From the NCBI GenBank assembly GCA_018061075.1, contig JAGOUW010000003.1, forward strand, positions 4,301-68,300: a stretch of DNA of 64,000 nt. Direction: 5' to 3'. The stretch is from Candidatus Levyibacteriota bacterium. Its GTDB lineage: Bacteria; Patescibacteriota; Microgenomatia; Levybacterales; UBA12049. The notes under the pieces are model-generated. The model did no database searches, had not been told where the DNA came from, and saw only the letters and a list, made by a program, of their open reading frames with translations. The position numbers and the translations under genes are program-made. Shown in pieces: positions 1 to 9,096 of the stretch; position 1 is the stretch's first letter; each line of letters begins with the position of its first letter.

Positions 1-394
1 CAGTTTTTATAGGCACCAATTTATTCATATAATGCGCCATAAAATCGTGATATGAATGCATTATCTGAACTTTCTTTTTTGCAGCATGTTCATATGCTTT
101 TACAGATAAATCGATCTCATACTCAGTTCTTGTAGCTACGTGGGCATTTTTAAGCTTAGTTATTCGATCAAGTCCTCTAAATTTAGGACTAATAAAATCT
201 TTATCTATATAATGAGTATCCCCGGGAATAAGATGGGCTTTTGTTTTAGTATTTTCTGATGCATAAACATAAACCTCATGTCCCCTATCTACCAAGCCAT
301 CAGCAAGATGAATAAAGAGTTCTTTAGGCGCAAAAATTTTATCCTTGTATTTGCTGCCCATATAAACTGAGGGGAGAAGTAAACCAATTCTCAT
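1..394 (-). CDS. glycosyltransferase (GT4-like), N-terminal part; gene continues past the left window edge
   Basis: Absent from the ORF track because it is open at the edge. My translation from the ATG at 394..392 reads MRIGLLLPSVYMGSKYKDKIFAPKELFIHLADGLVDRGHEVYVYASENTKTK, a typical GT4 N-terminal Rossmann start. Its ATG overlaps the TGA of the upstream gene (ATGA at 391-394). Confidence 0.6.
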   Translation of the reverse strand, partial: MRIGLLLPSVYMGSKYKDKIFAPKELFIHLADGLVDRGHEVYVYASENTKTKAHLIPGDTHYIDKDFISPKFRGLDRITKLKNAHVATRTEYEIDLSVKAYEHAAKKKVQIMHSYHDFMAHYMNKLVPIKT

Positions 395-1482
395 AAATTA
401 GTTACCTCTTTATAAACAGCCTCGTAATTATTAACCATATTTTCAATTGAGAAATTATCCAGAATGTGCTGACGACAATCTGCGGGCTTGATAGAATCCA
501 GCTTATTTAATGCTTCAGTCAAACCATCCACACCTTTTTCGGGATCGACCACAAAGCCAGTTATTCCTTCTTTTATAACTTCGGAAACTGCTCCGCGGTT
601 AAATCCAATTACTGGCGTACCCGAGCTCATCGCCTCAGCCATAACAAGCCCGAAAGGCTCATTCCAATTTATTGTCATCAAAAATACTTTTGCTCTTTGC
701 ATAATCTTTATGACTTCAGATCTCTCTAGTGATTGCTCTGGGGAAACAGGTCCATACCATCTAATATTTTCTCCTAAATTTGGCTTTATCTCTTTATCAT
801 AAAACTCCTTATCCTCAACACTTCCTGAAATTAAAAGCTTCTGTCCTGTCGCTTTGGCTAATTTTATAGCCCAACCTACCCCTTTAGGATCTAAAAATGA
901 TCCGTCATCTTTTTTGGCCTTAGAAAGACGTCCAAGCCAGAGCATATAATCTTCGCTTCCCTCATGATATGCATAAGTATTTGTGTCTACTCCGTTATAA
1001 ACGCATTTTATAAATTTAGCTTTTTTAAACTCGGACATATGAGCTTTTGAAATAGAAATTAATTTAGCTTCAGGGAAAGCTGACAAAACATCATCTAACT
1101 CAGGTGTCGCCTGGGCATGTACAGTAGTCACCATTGGAGTTTTTGTGCCCGATATCGCCATAAGATTTATAAATTCAGGGTAAGTATGGTTATGAATTAT
1201 GTCAAAATCGTTTCCGATTTCTTCAATTTTTCGAGACATTCTAACCAAATGCGAGGTTTCTGCGTAAAATGGGTTCTCGGCTTTTGGCAAATCGACGAAC
1301 GAATTGGGAATAATAGGAATTATTTCGACTCCCTCTATCTCACTGTCCCCAGTTCCAAGAAGTGAAACCTCATGTCCTTTCTTAACCAGCCCTGAAGCTA
1401 GCTGATAGATAATTCTAGATCTAGAAGCCGATACATCTTCCGCAACTCTTCTTTTTAAAACTGAGGCAAGTAAAATCTTCAT
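391..1482 (-). CDS. glycosyltransferase family 4 (Glycos_transf_1 type)
   Basis: 363 aa. The C-terminal motif EPFGLVMAEAMSSGTPVIGFNRGAVSEVIKEGITGFVV is the classic GT4 EX7E region. The N-terminal G-rich Rossmann reads SASRSRIIYQLASGLVKKGHEV. Confidence 0.85.
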   Translation of the reverse strand: MKILLASVLKRRVAEDVSASRSRIIYQLASGLVKKGHEVSLLGTGDSEIEGVEIIPIIPNSFVDLPKAENPFYAETSHLVRMSRKIEEIGNDFDIIHNHTYPEFINLMAISGTKTPMVTTVHAQATPELDDVLSAFPEAKLISISKAHMSEFKKAKFIKCVYNGVDTNTYAYHEGSEDYMLWLGRLSKAKKDDGSFLDPKGVGWAIKLAKATGQKLLISGSVEDKEFYDKEIKPNLGENIRWYGPVSPEQSLERSEVIKIMQRAKVFLMTINWNEPFGLVMAEAMSSGTPVIGFNRGAVSEVIKEGITGFVVDPEKGVDGLTEALNKLDSIKPADCRQHILDNFSIENMVNNYEAVYKEVTNL

Positions 1483-2774
1483 TTCTTCACACTATCCATC
1501 ATCTTATGATCTCCCGGCATTGCCCTATACTCTTTCCTCATAAGAATTCTCAATTTTTCTCTAATATCATCAAATTCTTGCTTTGGCATACTCACAAAAT
1601 CCATGCTTGAAACTTGAGAAAAATCTAAGCCTGCTGTATTAAAAGCAGCAACTGCAGCTTCCGAAAACTTAGGATCTGCAGAAAGTCTTTGTACAGTTTT
1701 TTGTAAAATACTTGGATCCTCAACAATCCCGATATATCCAAGCCAATAAGTTAAAAGCTCTGGATCTTGAAGTGCACCATCAAACTCTTTCTCATTTGAA
1801 GTTCTTTTACTCAAATCAGCGTTCGATGGATCATTCATCCAATCTAAAATCTCTTGATACATTACCTTATTACCAACAGGCTTTACCTCACCGGTTTTCT
1901 TATCCGCAACATCAACTCCTTCTCGCTTTTGATTTGATGCATCCAATCTTTGCTGCTGAAGTTTTTGCACTGATTCACTCTGAAAACCCTCTTCTCCTGT
2001 AAACAAAAATCCAATTCTTTCAGTTCTAGGAGCATGGAATCCTGCGGCTAGTCCTGATGCGACTCCTTTTTCTAATACGTCAGGATTAAGATTTACAGTA
2101 AGAGCAAAATTTTCCAGTGTATTTGTAGATCTATCTTCAGTTAAAATTGCATCGGTAATTGGTTTTCCATACTTCTCCTGATAAAGCCTGCCAAACCTTC
2201 TTATTATGATATCTCGCATCAAAGCAGCTTCTGAAGGCCATGCTTCTTGTCTTGCAGGAGATAATACATCTTTTGCCCAAGCTGGAATTGTTTTCCCACC
2301 ACTTAGAAGAACTCTCTCTGAGTGGCCTGAAAGAAGTGCAAAACCTGAAATAATTGCGTTCTGTCTTCCCCATCTATTGAGGCCAAGTCTACCTTGATTT
2401 TGCCATTCAATCATTTGAGTATCAATCTCAGCAGAGCTTTTACCTTGTGTGTTTTTCAAAAATGGATTAAGCTCTACGGGCGGATCATCTGATGACAAAT
2501 GACTTTCTGTTCCTAAAATCCTAAAATCAGGCTCAGCCGCATGAAGCGGGTCTTTTTTAAACTCCTCCCATTGATCAAGTCTTTTTTTATCAGCTTCTAC
2601 TTTAGGATCAAAGTCTTCTCTCCTAAAAAGTGGCTTCACTGGACCTTGACCAAATACGATTAAGAGATCTTTTGGTTGAGGCGGCCCAACTGCTTCAATC
2701 TTTCTAACTGGAGATTCAACGGTAGGAATTTCTACTTGCGGCCGGACATCCTGTGGAGGCATAATATCAGCCAT
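1479..2774 (-). CDS. DUF218/YdcF-like domain protein with long N- and C-terminal extensions
   Basis: 431 aa. The motif order LLIVFGQGPV ... LLSGGKT ... SEAALMRDII ... EDRSTNTLENFALT matches the DUF218 (SanA/YdcF/ElyC) pattern. There is a 4-nt overlap with the downstream GT gene. Confidence 0.55.
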   Translation of the reverse strand: MADIMPPQDVRPQVEIPTVESPVRKIEAVGPPQPKDLLIVFGQGPVKPLFRREDFDPKVEADKKRLDQWEEFKKDPLHAAEPDFRILGTESHLSSDDPPVELNPFLKNTQGKSSAEIDTQMIEWQNQGRLGLNRWGRQNAIISGFALLSGHSERVLLSGGKTIPAWAKDVLSPARQEAWPSEAALMRDIIIRRFGRLYQEKYGKPITDAILTEDRSTNTLENFALTVNLNPDVLEKGVASGLAAGFHAPRTERIGFLFTGEEGFQSESVQKLQQQRLDASNQKREGVDVADKKTGEVKPVGNKVMYQEILDWMNDPSNADLSKRTSNEKEFDGALQDPELLTYWLGYIGIVEDPSILQKTVQRLSADPKFSEAAVAAFNTAGLDFSQVSSMDFVSMPKQEFDDIREKLRILMRKEYRAMPGDHKMMDSVKK

Positions 2775-2795
2775 TAACTAAATGATATAGTTATT

Positions 2796-4049
2796 TTAAG
2801 GTCTTCGCAACATAGGAAGTTTTATTCCGCGATTTTCGTTCTTCCCTGCACCCTTAACAACGGCCATATATTCAGAGGTGGAGTATGTAAACTTTTTATA
2901 AATTTCCTCAAATTGTGAAGCTATTTTCTCCCAAGTGAATTTATCATCTACTGTCTTTCTTGCATTTCGAGCAGCTTTTTCTCTAAGAGCATCGTCTGAC
3001 AAAAGCAAATTAACTTTATCTGCAATTTCCTTGCTATTCCTTGCGCGTACAAAAAATCCATTCTCACCATCTTTTATAACTGAGAGCATACCGCCTTTTC
3101 TAGTAGCCACCACTGGTGTCTTTGCAGCCATAGCTTCTAGAATCGTGAGACCAAATGGTTCATCCCAAACACTAGGAGAAACATAAACATCTGCTCTTTC
3201 ATAAAAAGCATGGAAAAGCGCAGACTTCGCAGGGCTAACGTAACCCACCATAATCACATTCTTTAAGCCCAAATCCTTAATCTGTTTCTCAAGATTTTCC
3301 TTATCTACTCCGCCTCCTACTATCACAACGGTGCCATTTATTTTTTTCGCTGCATTTATTAAATACTTAACTCCTTTGTTAATAGTAAGTCTTCCAGTAA
3401 AGAGAACAACCTTCTTGTCTTTAAGCCCATATTTTTTATCAATTTCTGATATATATTTAGCATTTGCTTCATAGTTTGATATCTTTACACCCCCCATTAT
3501 TACTTTAGTTTTAGGCTTAAGGCTTGCACCAAACATTTTTAAATAATCCCCCCTAGTATGCTCACTAACAGCTGTTATGTATCTAGCGATAGCATTCGCA
3601 TCATTAATAAGTCCTATAAATCTTTTATCCTGATTTAGATATTCAAGATCGCTCCCATGAGTAGTAATAATATACTTAATTCCAAATAAAACCTTGAGTA
3701 CGCGGGCAATTCCAGGAAGAAAAGCGGTATGGAAAACGTGGATTATTTCAGGATTAAAATCCGCTGTAGCCTCAATGCTCGTTTTTAAATATGCATTGTA
3801 GATGCTACCAAGCTCCTGACCATTCATATCAAAAAACTTTCTTCCTTTTGGCCATTCGGGATGACTCACAAATACTCCATCTTGAGGCGAATTTACAACA
3901 TAATGCTTCACACCTGGGAGCTTTCTTTTATCCGGAGATACAATTGCGACCTCATGCCCTCTCTTAGACATCTCGGCAGTAAGCTCCCTTAAAAAGGCTC
4001 CGCTTCCATTTCCCCACAGAGGAAACATATAAAGGTAAAGAATTTTCAT
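2796..4049 (-). CDS. glycosyltransferase family 4
   Basis: 417 aa. The motif DEPFGLTILEAMAAKTPVVATRKGGMLSVIKDGENGFFV is GT4. The N-terminus GSGAFLRELTAEMSKRGHEV is typical. Confidence 0.85.
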   Translation of the reverse strand: MKILYLYMFPLWGNGSGAFLRELTAEMSKRGHEVAIVSPDKRKLPGVKHYVVNSPQDGVFVSHPEWPKGRKFFDMNGQELGSIYNAYLKTSIEATADFNPEIIHVFHTAFLPGIARVLKVLFGIKYIITTHGSDLEYLNQDKRFIGLINDANAIARYITAVSEHTRGDYLKMFGASLKPKTKVIMGGVKISNYEANAKYISEIDKKYGLKDKKVVLFTGRLTINKGVKYLINAAKKINGTVVIVGGGVDKENLEKQIKDLGLKNVIMVGYVSPAKSALFHAFYERADVYVSPSVWDEPFGLTILEAMAAKTPVVATRKGGMLSVIKDGENGFFVRARNSKEIADKVNLLLSDDALREKAARNARKTVDDKFTWEKIASQFEEIYKKFTYSTSEYMAVVKGAGKNENRGIKLPMLRRP

Positions 4050-4076
4050 AGGACAGGAATTATAACATATTTTATA

Positions 4077-4775
4077 CTATTTTAGCTTCTCCTGTAGTGT
4101 ATTTAAAACAAATCTAACGAGAGCAAATTGCCTCTTAATTCGCCAAGGCTGAATCATCAATCTAAACAACCATTCTAATCCCAATCGGCGTATAAATATT
4201 GGAGCTCGCATCACCTTTCCAGAGATAAAATCAAAGGCTCCACCCACTCCTATAAAAACTTTAGAATCAATTTCTTTCATATGATCAAATATCCATTCTT
4301 CTTGTTTTGGCGAGCCAAAAGCTACAAAGAGAATATCGCAACTCAAACCTTTATCATTATCAGGCCACTCCTTCAAAGCAAATGAAACCTTAAGCTCAGG
4401 ATATTTTTTCTTTAAGCAGTCTGCCGTACTTTGTGCCACGTTTTCCTCTCCACCTAAAAAGCCTACCGTTATAGGCTTTTCTGCTACCCCCTTTACTAGG
4501 CCATCTACCAAATCTACACCATGGGACCTCCCTTTAAAGCTTTTACCAAACATTTTACCCGCCCATAACACCCCAACCCCATCGGCCAAGGCTAAATCAG
4601 CTGACATCAATACCTTTTCATATTCCGCATCACTTCTCGCGAGCATGATAATTTCAGGGTTAACTGTTATCACAAAAGTCTTTTCATCCTTTTTTTGTGA
4701 TTTTTCAACAATATACTCTAGGGCTTCTTTAAAACCTAGATCTTCAATTCTAAAAACAATGTCTTTTATTTTCAT
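4077..4775 (-). CDS. WecB/TagA/CpsF-family glycosyltransferase (ManNAc-transferase-like)
   Basis: 232 aa. FVAFGSPKQEEWI ... IGVGGAFDFISGKVMRAPIFIRRLGLEWLFRLMIQPWRIKR is the family signature. Confidence 0.85.
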   Translation of the reverse strand: MKIKDIVFRIEDLGFKEALEYIVEKSQKKDEKTFVITVNPEIIMLARSDAEYEKVLMSADLALADGVGVLWAGKMFGKSFKGRSHGVDLVDGLVKGVAEKPITVGFLGGEENVAQSTADCLKKKYPELKVSFALKEWPDNDKGLSCDILFVAFGSPKQEEWIFDHMKEIDSKVFIGVGGAFDFISGKVMRAPIFIRRLGLEWLFRLMIQPWRIKRQFALVRFVLNTLQEKLK

Positions 4776-5018
4776 AATTAATTTAAACTACTATGAGACT
4801 GAAAAGTTAAAGTCCAAACTCAATTAATAATGTCTTATGGGTATAGTACTTACTCAAGTTTTGGCTTTGAATTTCAAGCACTGAGGCTAATTTAATGCTA
4901 AGTGAAGATAAAGGCGAATCTAAAAAACTATATCTAGTTTTAGTTGTGAAAAAAATGTCCCTTTTTATTGGTTTTGTAAGTAATTCCATAAAAAGACTAA
5001 ATACTCTAGGATCTTAGT

Positions 5019-6038
5019 CTATTTTCTCGATATACTACGCTTATAAAGTTCTATATTTTCTATAGCCACGCCTGTTCCCCTAACTACGCATAAAAGTGCA
5101 TCTTCAGCTACGTGACATGGTACTCCAGTTTGCTTTGTCATGAACTTATCAAAGTTATTTAATAAAGATGTTCCACCAGTCATAACTATTCCCTTATCTA
5201 TAATATCACTTGCAAGCTCCGGAGGTGTTTTTTCTAAAACTCCCTTAACTCCGTGAATTATATCATTCAAAACTGGCATTATAGCCTCATTTACCTGATC
5301 CTGAGTTAACTCAATAGTCTTTGGAAGCCCAGTTATACTATCCCTTCCTCTAATCTCTTTTTTCTTCTCTGAGGCTTCTTTTCTGTCCTCAACCAGGGCT
5401 GTTCCCAGCTCGATTTTTATCTCCTCAGCTGTTCTCTCTCCAACTAAAAGATTAAATTTCTTTTTAGTGTAGTTTGAGATAGCCTCATCAATTTTGTTTC
5501 CGCCCATTCTTACAGAATCATGAACAACTACTCCCCCCAAAGAAATAACTGCGATTTCAGTTGAACCTCCACCCATATCTACAACCATATGCCCTGCAGG
5601 CTGAGCAATTGGAATCTTAGCACCAATTGCAGCAGCAAGAGGTTCGTCAATTAAATAAGCAACCTTTGCTCCAGCAGACATGGTCGCATCTAGAACGGCG
5701 CGCCTCTCTACCTGAGTTACGCCAGAAGGAATGCAGACCATTACTTCGGGTTTAAAAAAACGTGAAGAGCCGCAAGCTTTATCTATGAAATATGAAAGCA
5801 TAGCCTCGGTTATAGTGTAATCTGCTATAACTCCGTCTCGAAGTGGCCTCATAGCAACTATATTTCCCGGAGTACGTCCAAGCATCTCCTTAGCTTCTTT
5901 TCCTACAGCGACCACTTTATTTTCTTCAGCTGTAACAGCTACTACCGTAGGCTCATTTATAACGATTCCTTCTCCGCCTAAATAAACAAGGGTGTTTGCA
6001 GTTCCGAGGTCTATGGCGATTCTTTTTGATAACATCAT
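5019..6038 (-). CDS. mreB: rod shape-determining protein MreB
   Basis: 339 aa. Actin-fold motifs IDLGTANTLVY, VVDMGGGSTEIAVISLGG and GIVMTGGTSLL are present, with full-length colinearity to MreB. Confidence 0.95.
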   Translation of the reverse strand: MMLSKRIAIDLGTANTLVYLGGEGIVINEPTVVAVTAEENKVVAVGKEAKEMLGRTPGNIVAMRPLRDGVIADYTITEAMLSYFIDKACGSSRFFKPEVMVCIPSGVTQVERRAVLDATMSAGAKVAYLIDEPLAAAIGAKIPIAQPAGHMVVDMGGGSTEIAVISLGGVVVHDSVRMGGNKIDEAISNYTKKKFNLLVGERTAEEIKIELGTALVEDRKEASEKKKEIRGRDSITGLPKTIELTQDQVNEAIMPVLNDIIHGVKGVLEKTPPELASDIIDKGIVMTGGTSLLNNFDKFMTKQTGVPCHVAEDALLCVVRGTGVAIENIELYKRSISRK

Positions 6039-6191
6039 CTTAATATATCAACATTTAAAATTTTGATTTTTAAAAAGTTGTAGTAAGCTCAAAATTATAG
6101 CGTTTAGAAAGAGTTTACTACGTCTTAATAGTAACTTAGTAGATCAAATTTAGCTTTGAGCTAAAAACCATTATAACACCCATGACTTAAC

Positions 6192-6221
6192 TTGCAAGAT
6201 ATATTAAGTAAATCGTATAAT
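6192..6221 (+). promoter_or_regulatory. sigma70-type promoter (TTGCAA-18-TATAAT) for the PEGA gene, followed by an AGGTGA SD at 6232-6237
   Basis: Hexamers read directly: TTGCAA at 6192-6197 and TATAAT at 6216-6221. The SD lies 6 nt before the TTG start at 6244. Confidence 0.55.
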
Positions 6222-6243
6222 CTCAGTTAGTAGGTGAATTTCT

Positions 6244-7458
6244 TTGAAAAAATCTAATCTTCCAAAGGTAAATAAACAGCTGGTGTTTTCCATAGTCATA
6301 TTTTTGGGTCTCGTTTTAGCTACAGTTTTAGTAGTTTTATATGGAAAGGGCTACAGGTTTGGCTTAGGTGCTGGAAAAATTGAATTTAATGGCACTGGAC
6401 TTCTTGTCGCAAAGAGCATTCCTGATGGAGCTCAAGTGTTTGTAGATGGAAAGCTTAGGACCGCCACAGACAACACTATTAATATTGCACCTGGAGAATA
6501 TGAAGTTAAAATTACTAAAGAAGGCTATTTTAATTGGAGTAAAAGAGTAAAAATCCAGACTGAAGTAGTAACAAAAGCTGAAGCGCTTCTAATTCCTACA
6601 GCACCAAAACTCGAAAGCATTACAGATATAGGTGCAAAAAGCCCGATAATTGATCCTACGCTAACTAAGATCGCATTTATAGTTTCTTCCCAATCAGCCA
6701 CAAGAAACGGAATTTATGTTTTTGATATGAAATCAAATCAGCTCTTAACTCTTCAAAGCTCTTCTACTCAAATAGTAGATGACTCAATTGATACTTTTTC
6801 TGAAGCGGAAATTTCATGGTCTGCAGATGGAAAAGATTTAATGGCTACGATTTCTGCTGGAAGAGTTACTCCTACTACCTATCTTCTAGACACAGATAGA
6901 GCAAATAATCCTCCAAATGACATTACGGAAACACTCTCAAACGTGACTACTACCTGGGCAAAAATTAAATCAAATAAAGACAAAGCGGTATTTGATTCTC
7001 TTCCTCGCGGCGTCAAGGCAGTTGTCAGAAGTCATTTTAATGTAATTTCATATTCACCAGACCAAAACAAAATCCTTTATAAAGCTTCAAGATCAGGCAA
7101 TCTTCCAATTATCATAAAACCAAGACTAATTGGAGTAAATACTACGGCTGAAAATAGAAATTTGGAAGCAGATGCCTACTATGTTTATGACATAAAGGAA
7201 GACCATAATTACAAGATTAATTCTGATAATTTTAAAGGTGCTTTTAGCTGGTTTACAGACTCAAAACATCTAATTTATGTTAAGAATAATGAGCTTCATA
7301 TGATCGAATATGACGGATTAAATGATACTGTGGTTTTTGCAGGACCTTTTATTCAAAACCATGTCTTCCCTTGGCCGGATGCTACAAGAATTGTAATTTT
7401 AACAAATCTTGGGAATTTAAATATTACGCCTAATCTCTATACAATCAGCCTCAAATAA
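6244..7458 (+). CDS. membrane-anchored PEGA-domain protein with a C-terminal TolB-like beta-propeller region
   Basis: 404 aa with a TTG start. It has an N-terminal TM helix (LVFSIVIFLGLVLATVLVVLY). The PEGA motif is PDGAQVFVDGKLRTATDNTINIAPGEYEVKITKEGY. Later repeats (SADGKDL, SPDQNKILY, FTDSKHLIY) look propeller-like. Confidence 0.65.
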   Translation: MKKSNLPKVNKQLVFSIVIFLGLVLATVLVVLYGKGYRFGLGAGKIEFNGTGLLVAKSIPDGAQVFVDGKLRTATDNTINIAPGEYEVKITKEGYFNWSKRVKIQTEVVTKAEALLIPTAPKLESITDIGAKSPIIDPTLTKIAFIVSSQSATRNGIYVFDMKSNQLLTLQSSSTQIVDDSIDTFSEAEISWSADGKDLMATISAGRVTPTTYLLDTDRANNPPNDITETLSNVTTTWAKIKSNKDKAVFDSLPRGVKAVVRSHFNVISYSPDQNKILYKASRSGNLPIIIKPRLIGVNTTAENRNLEADAYYVYDIKEDHNYKINSDNFKGAFSWFTDSKHLIYVKNNELHMIEYDGLNDTVVFAGPFIQNHVFPWPDATRIVILTNLGNLNITPNLYTISLK

Positions 7459-7463
7459 AAAGA

Positions 7464-8222
7464 CTAACTGTTTTTAAAATAAAGCTCCGAATCTAAAAGG
7501 AATACATTTCCATTCTGACCAATAAGAAACTGTGATGGATTTAAATCAGCTGGTACTAATCCCGAAGCTAACAATAGATCAACTAGACCTCCTGATAAAT
7601 GCCTAACACCTTGTTGTTCGGTTAATGATAATTCATCCATTTTCCTACCATCCGTAAATTGATAAATAAGTGTTTTACCCTGTCTATCAATTACACCAAC
7701 AAGTGGTTCAACAAATTGAATACCACTAAAGCCAGCTTCTGCCACCAATTCCTGCGCCTCATCGCCCCTAAGAACTCTCTCTACTATTGGAGCTGTAGAA
7801 ATTTCATTTGCTATACTTGACCAAGCCATATCTTGTCTAAGTTGAAATACTTTCTCGTTCTTTATTCTTAGACTTTCATCTTCCATATCTGTGTCTTCAT
7901 TTCTCTCTAAAGCTTCAGCAGCCTCTCTTACGGCTTCTCGTGAATCAGAAAGCCTATCACTAATATCCAATGGGAATGAGCCATAACGTTCTTTTACGAA
8001 AAATTTTGGGGATACTATATCATCAACCCTAAACACACCTCCCGTCTCTTCCGGGGGAAAATAAATAGGCCAATCTCGAATACTCCTTCTATCCAAAATT
8101 CCCAAGACATCTTGAATTTGTGGCTGATGAGGAGAAGCTAAGTTAACAAGAAGATCATAATTTGGCTTTCTTATTACATCTACCGTTCTGGAAGGCTCTC
8201 TTGATATCGGCTCAGGTGACAT
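7464..8222 (-). CDS. hypothetical protein, weak protein-kinase-like C-lobe resemblance
   Basis: 252 aa with no TM helix or signal peptide. The C-terminal LVPADLNPSQFLIGQNGNVFLLDSE resembles a kinase catalytic loop plus a DFG-like strand. No Gly-rich loop was seen. Confidence 0.3.
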   Translation of the reverse strand: MSPEPISREPSRTVDVIRKPNYDLLVNLASPHQPQIQDVLGILDRRSIRDWPIYFPPEETGGVFRVDDIVSPKFFVKERYGSFPLDISDRLSDSREAVREAAEALERNEDTDMEDESLRIKNEKVFQLRQDMAWSSIANEISTAPIVERVLRGDEAQELVAEAGFSGIQFVEPLVGVIDRQGKTLIYQFTDGRKMDELSLTEQQGVRHLSGGLVDLLLASGLVPADLNPSQFLIGQNGNVFLLDSELYFKNS

Positions 8223-8921
8223 TTATTGTTTAAAGATTGTATCAGTTTTTCTTGGACGAGCAAATACTAGTAGCCTTTTAAATGCGGTTCCTGGAGGCCA
8301 GCAGGTTTGAAGAATTAACTGCTCTCCCCCCTCTTGAGCATGAGTAATAAACGAAACGTCAGTTGGATCAACTATTTTAGTACCAGTTACGAAGTAATTA
8401 TGTCTTTCTCCCTTATAGAAAATCACGATCTCATCCCCTTCTTTTAAATCTTTCAAAAGGTAAAAAATTGCATTATAACGTCCTGCATCCCAGAAGTTAT
8501 CGGCAGAATGAGCAAATAAATAAACATTTCCTTGAAGACCTGGGAAAACAGATCCTTGGGCATGCGCTACTCCCTGTTGCAATGCTGGACCAAATTTACC
8601 CTCATCTGATGGATCTACGTTAGCAATAATCTTAGAAGTGGCTCCTATTTTAGGTATCAAAATGCTAAACTCTGTATCAATAGGGCTCAATTCTTGTTCT
8701 TTTGCCCCAGTTAAAAGATCCGCAAATGATGCTGTCTGCTTAGGTGCACTCGCCGATGTTTCAGATACCTCAAACGAAACACCTCTGGCCTGAATCACCC
8801 TATACTGAGCTTCGTAATATCCGGCAGGTCCAAAAGTAGCAATTACACCAAAAATAGCAAAAAGGAATAGAAAATTCCCGAATGTTCGAAGAATTAAAAA
8901 TCTGATATCTTGTTTGTTCAT
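8223..8921 (-). CDS. sortase family transpeptidase
   Basis: 232 aa with an N-terminal TM anchor. The His region is NVYLFAHSAD, followed by LKEGDEIVIFYKGERHNYFV. The catalytic Cys motif is LILQTCWPPG and the conserved Arg sits in RLLVFARP. Confidence 0.85.
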   Translation of the reverse strand: MNKQDIRFLILRTFGNFLFLFAIFGVIATFGPAGYYEAQYRVIQARGVSFEVSETSASAPKQTASFADLLTGAKEQELSPIDTEFSILIPKIGATSKIIANVDPSDEGKFGPALQQGVAHAQGSVFPGLQGNVYLFAHSADNFWDAGRYNAIFYLLKDLKEGDEIVIFYKGERHNYFVTGTKIVDPTDVSFITHAQEGGEQLILQTCWPPGTAFKRLLVFARPRKTDTIFKQ

Positions 8922-8938
8922 TTTTGGGCGCTAAAGTG

Positions 8939-9012
8939 CGTCCCCGAGAGGAGTTGAACCTCCAATCTTTCCCTTAGGACGGGACTGCTCTATCCAGTTG
9001 AGCTACGGGAAC
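8939..9012 (-). tRNA. tRNA-Arg (anticodon CCU)
   Basis: Hand-folded cloverleaf. The acceptor pairs GUUCCCG with CGGGGAC and the D arm pairs GCUC with GAGC. The anticodon loop is GUCCUAA with CCU at positions 34-36. The T arm is GGAGG-UUCAACU-CCUCU. CCA is not encoded. Confidence 0.85.
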
Positions 9013-9096
9013 ATACATGTATTTTAGCACAATAAGCTTGTGGATCTGAATTGATATATTCAGTATATCTTGACACATTAGTGAATAATCGATACG

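Noticed and set aside
4807-4989. 60-aa minus-strand ORF between mreB and the TagA-like gene, and the 60-aa plus-strand ORF 4645-4827.
   Set aside because: Neither has a promoter or SD context. The composition is that of AT-rich intergenic DNA, and one overlaps the TagA-like gene antisense. Both are likely spurious.
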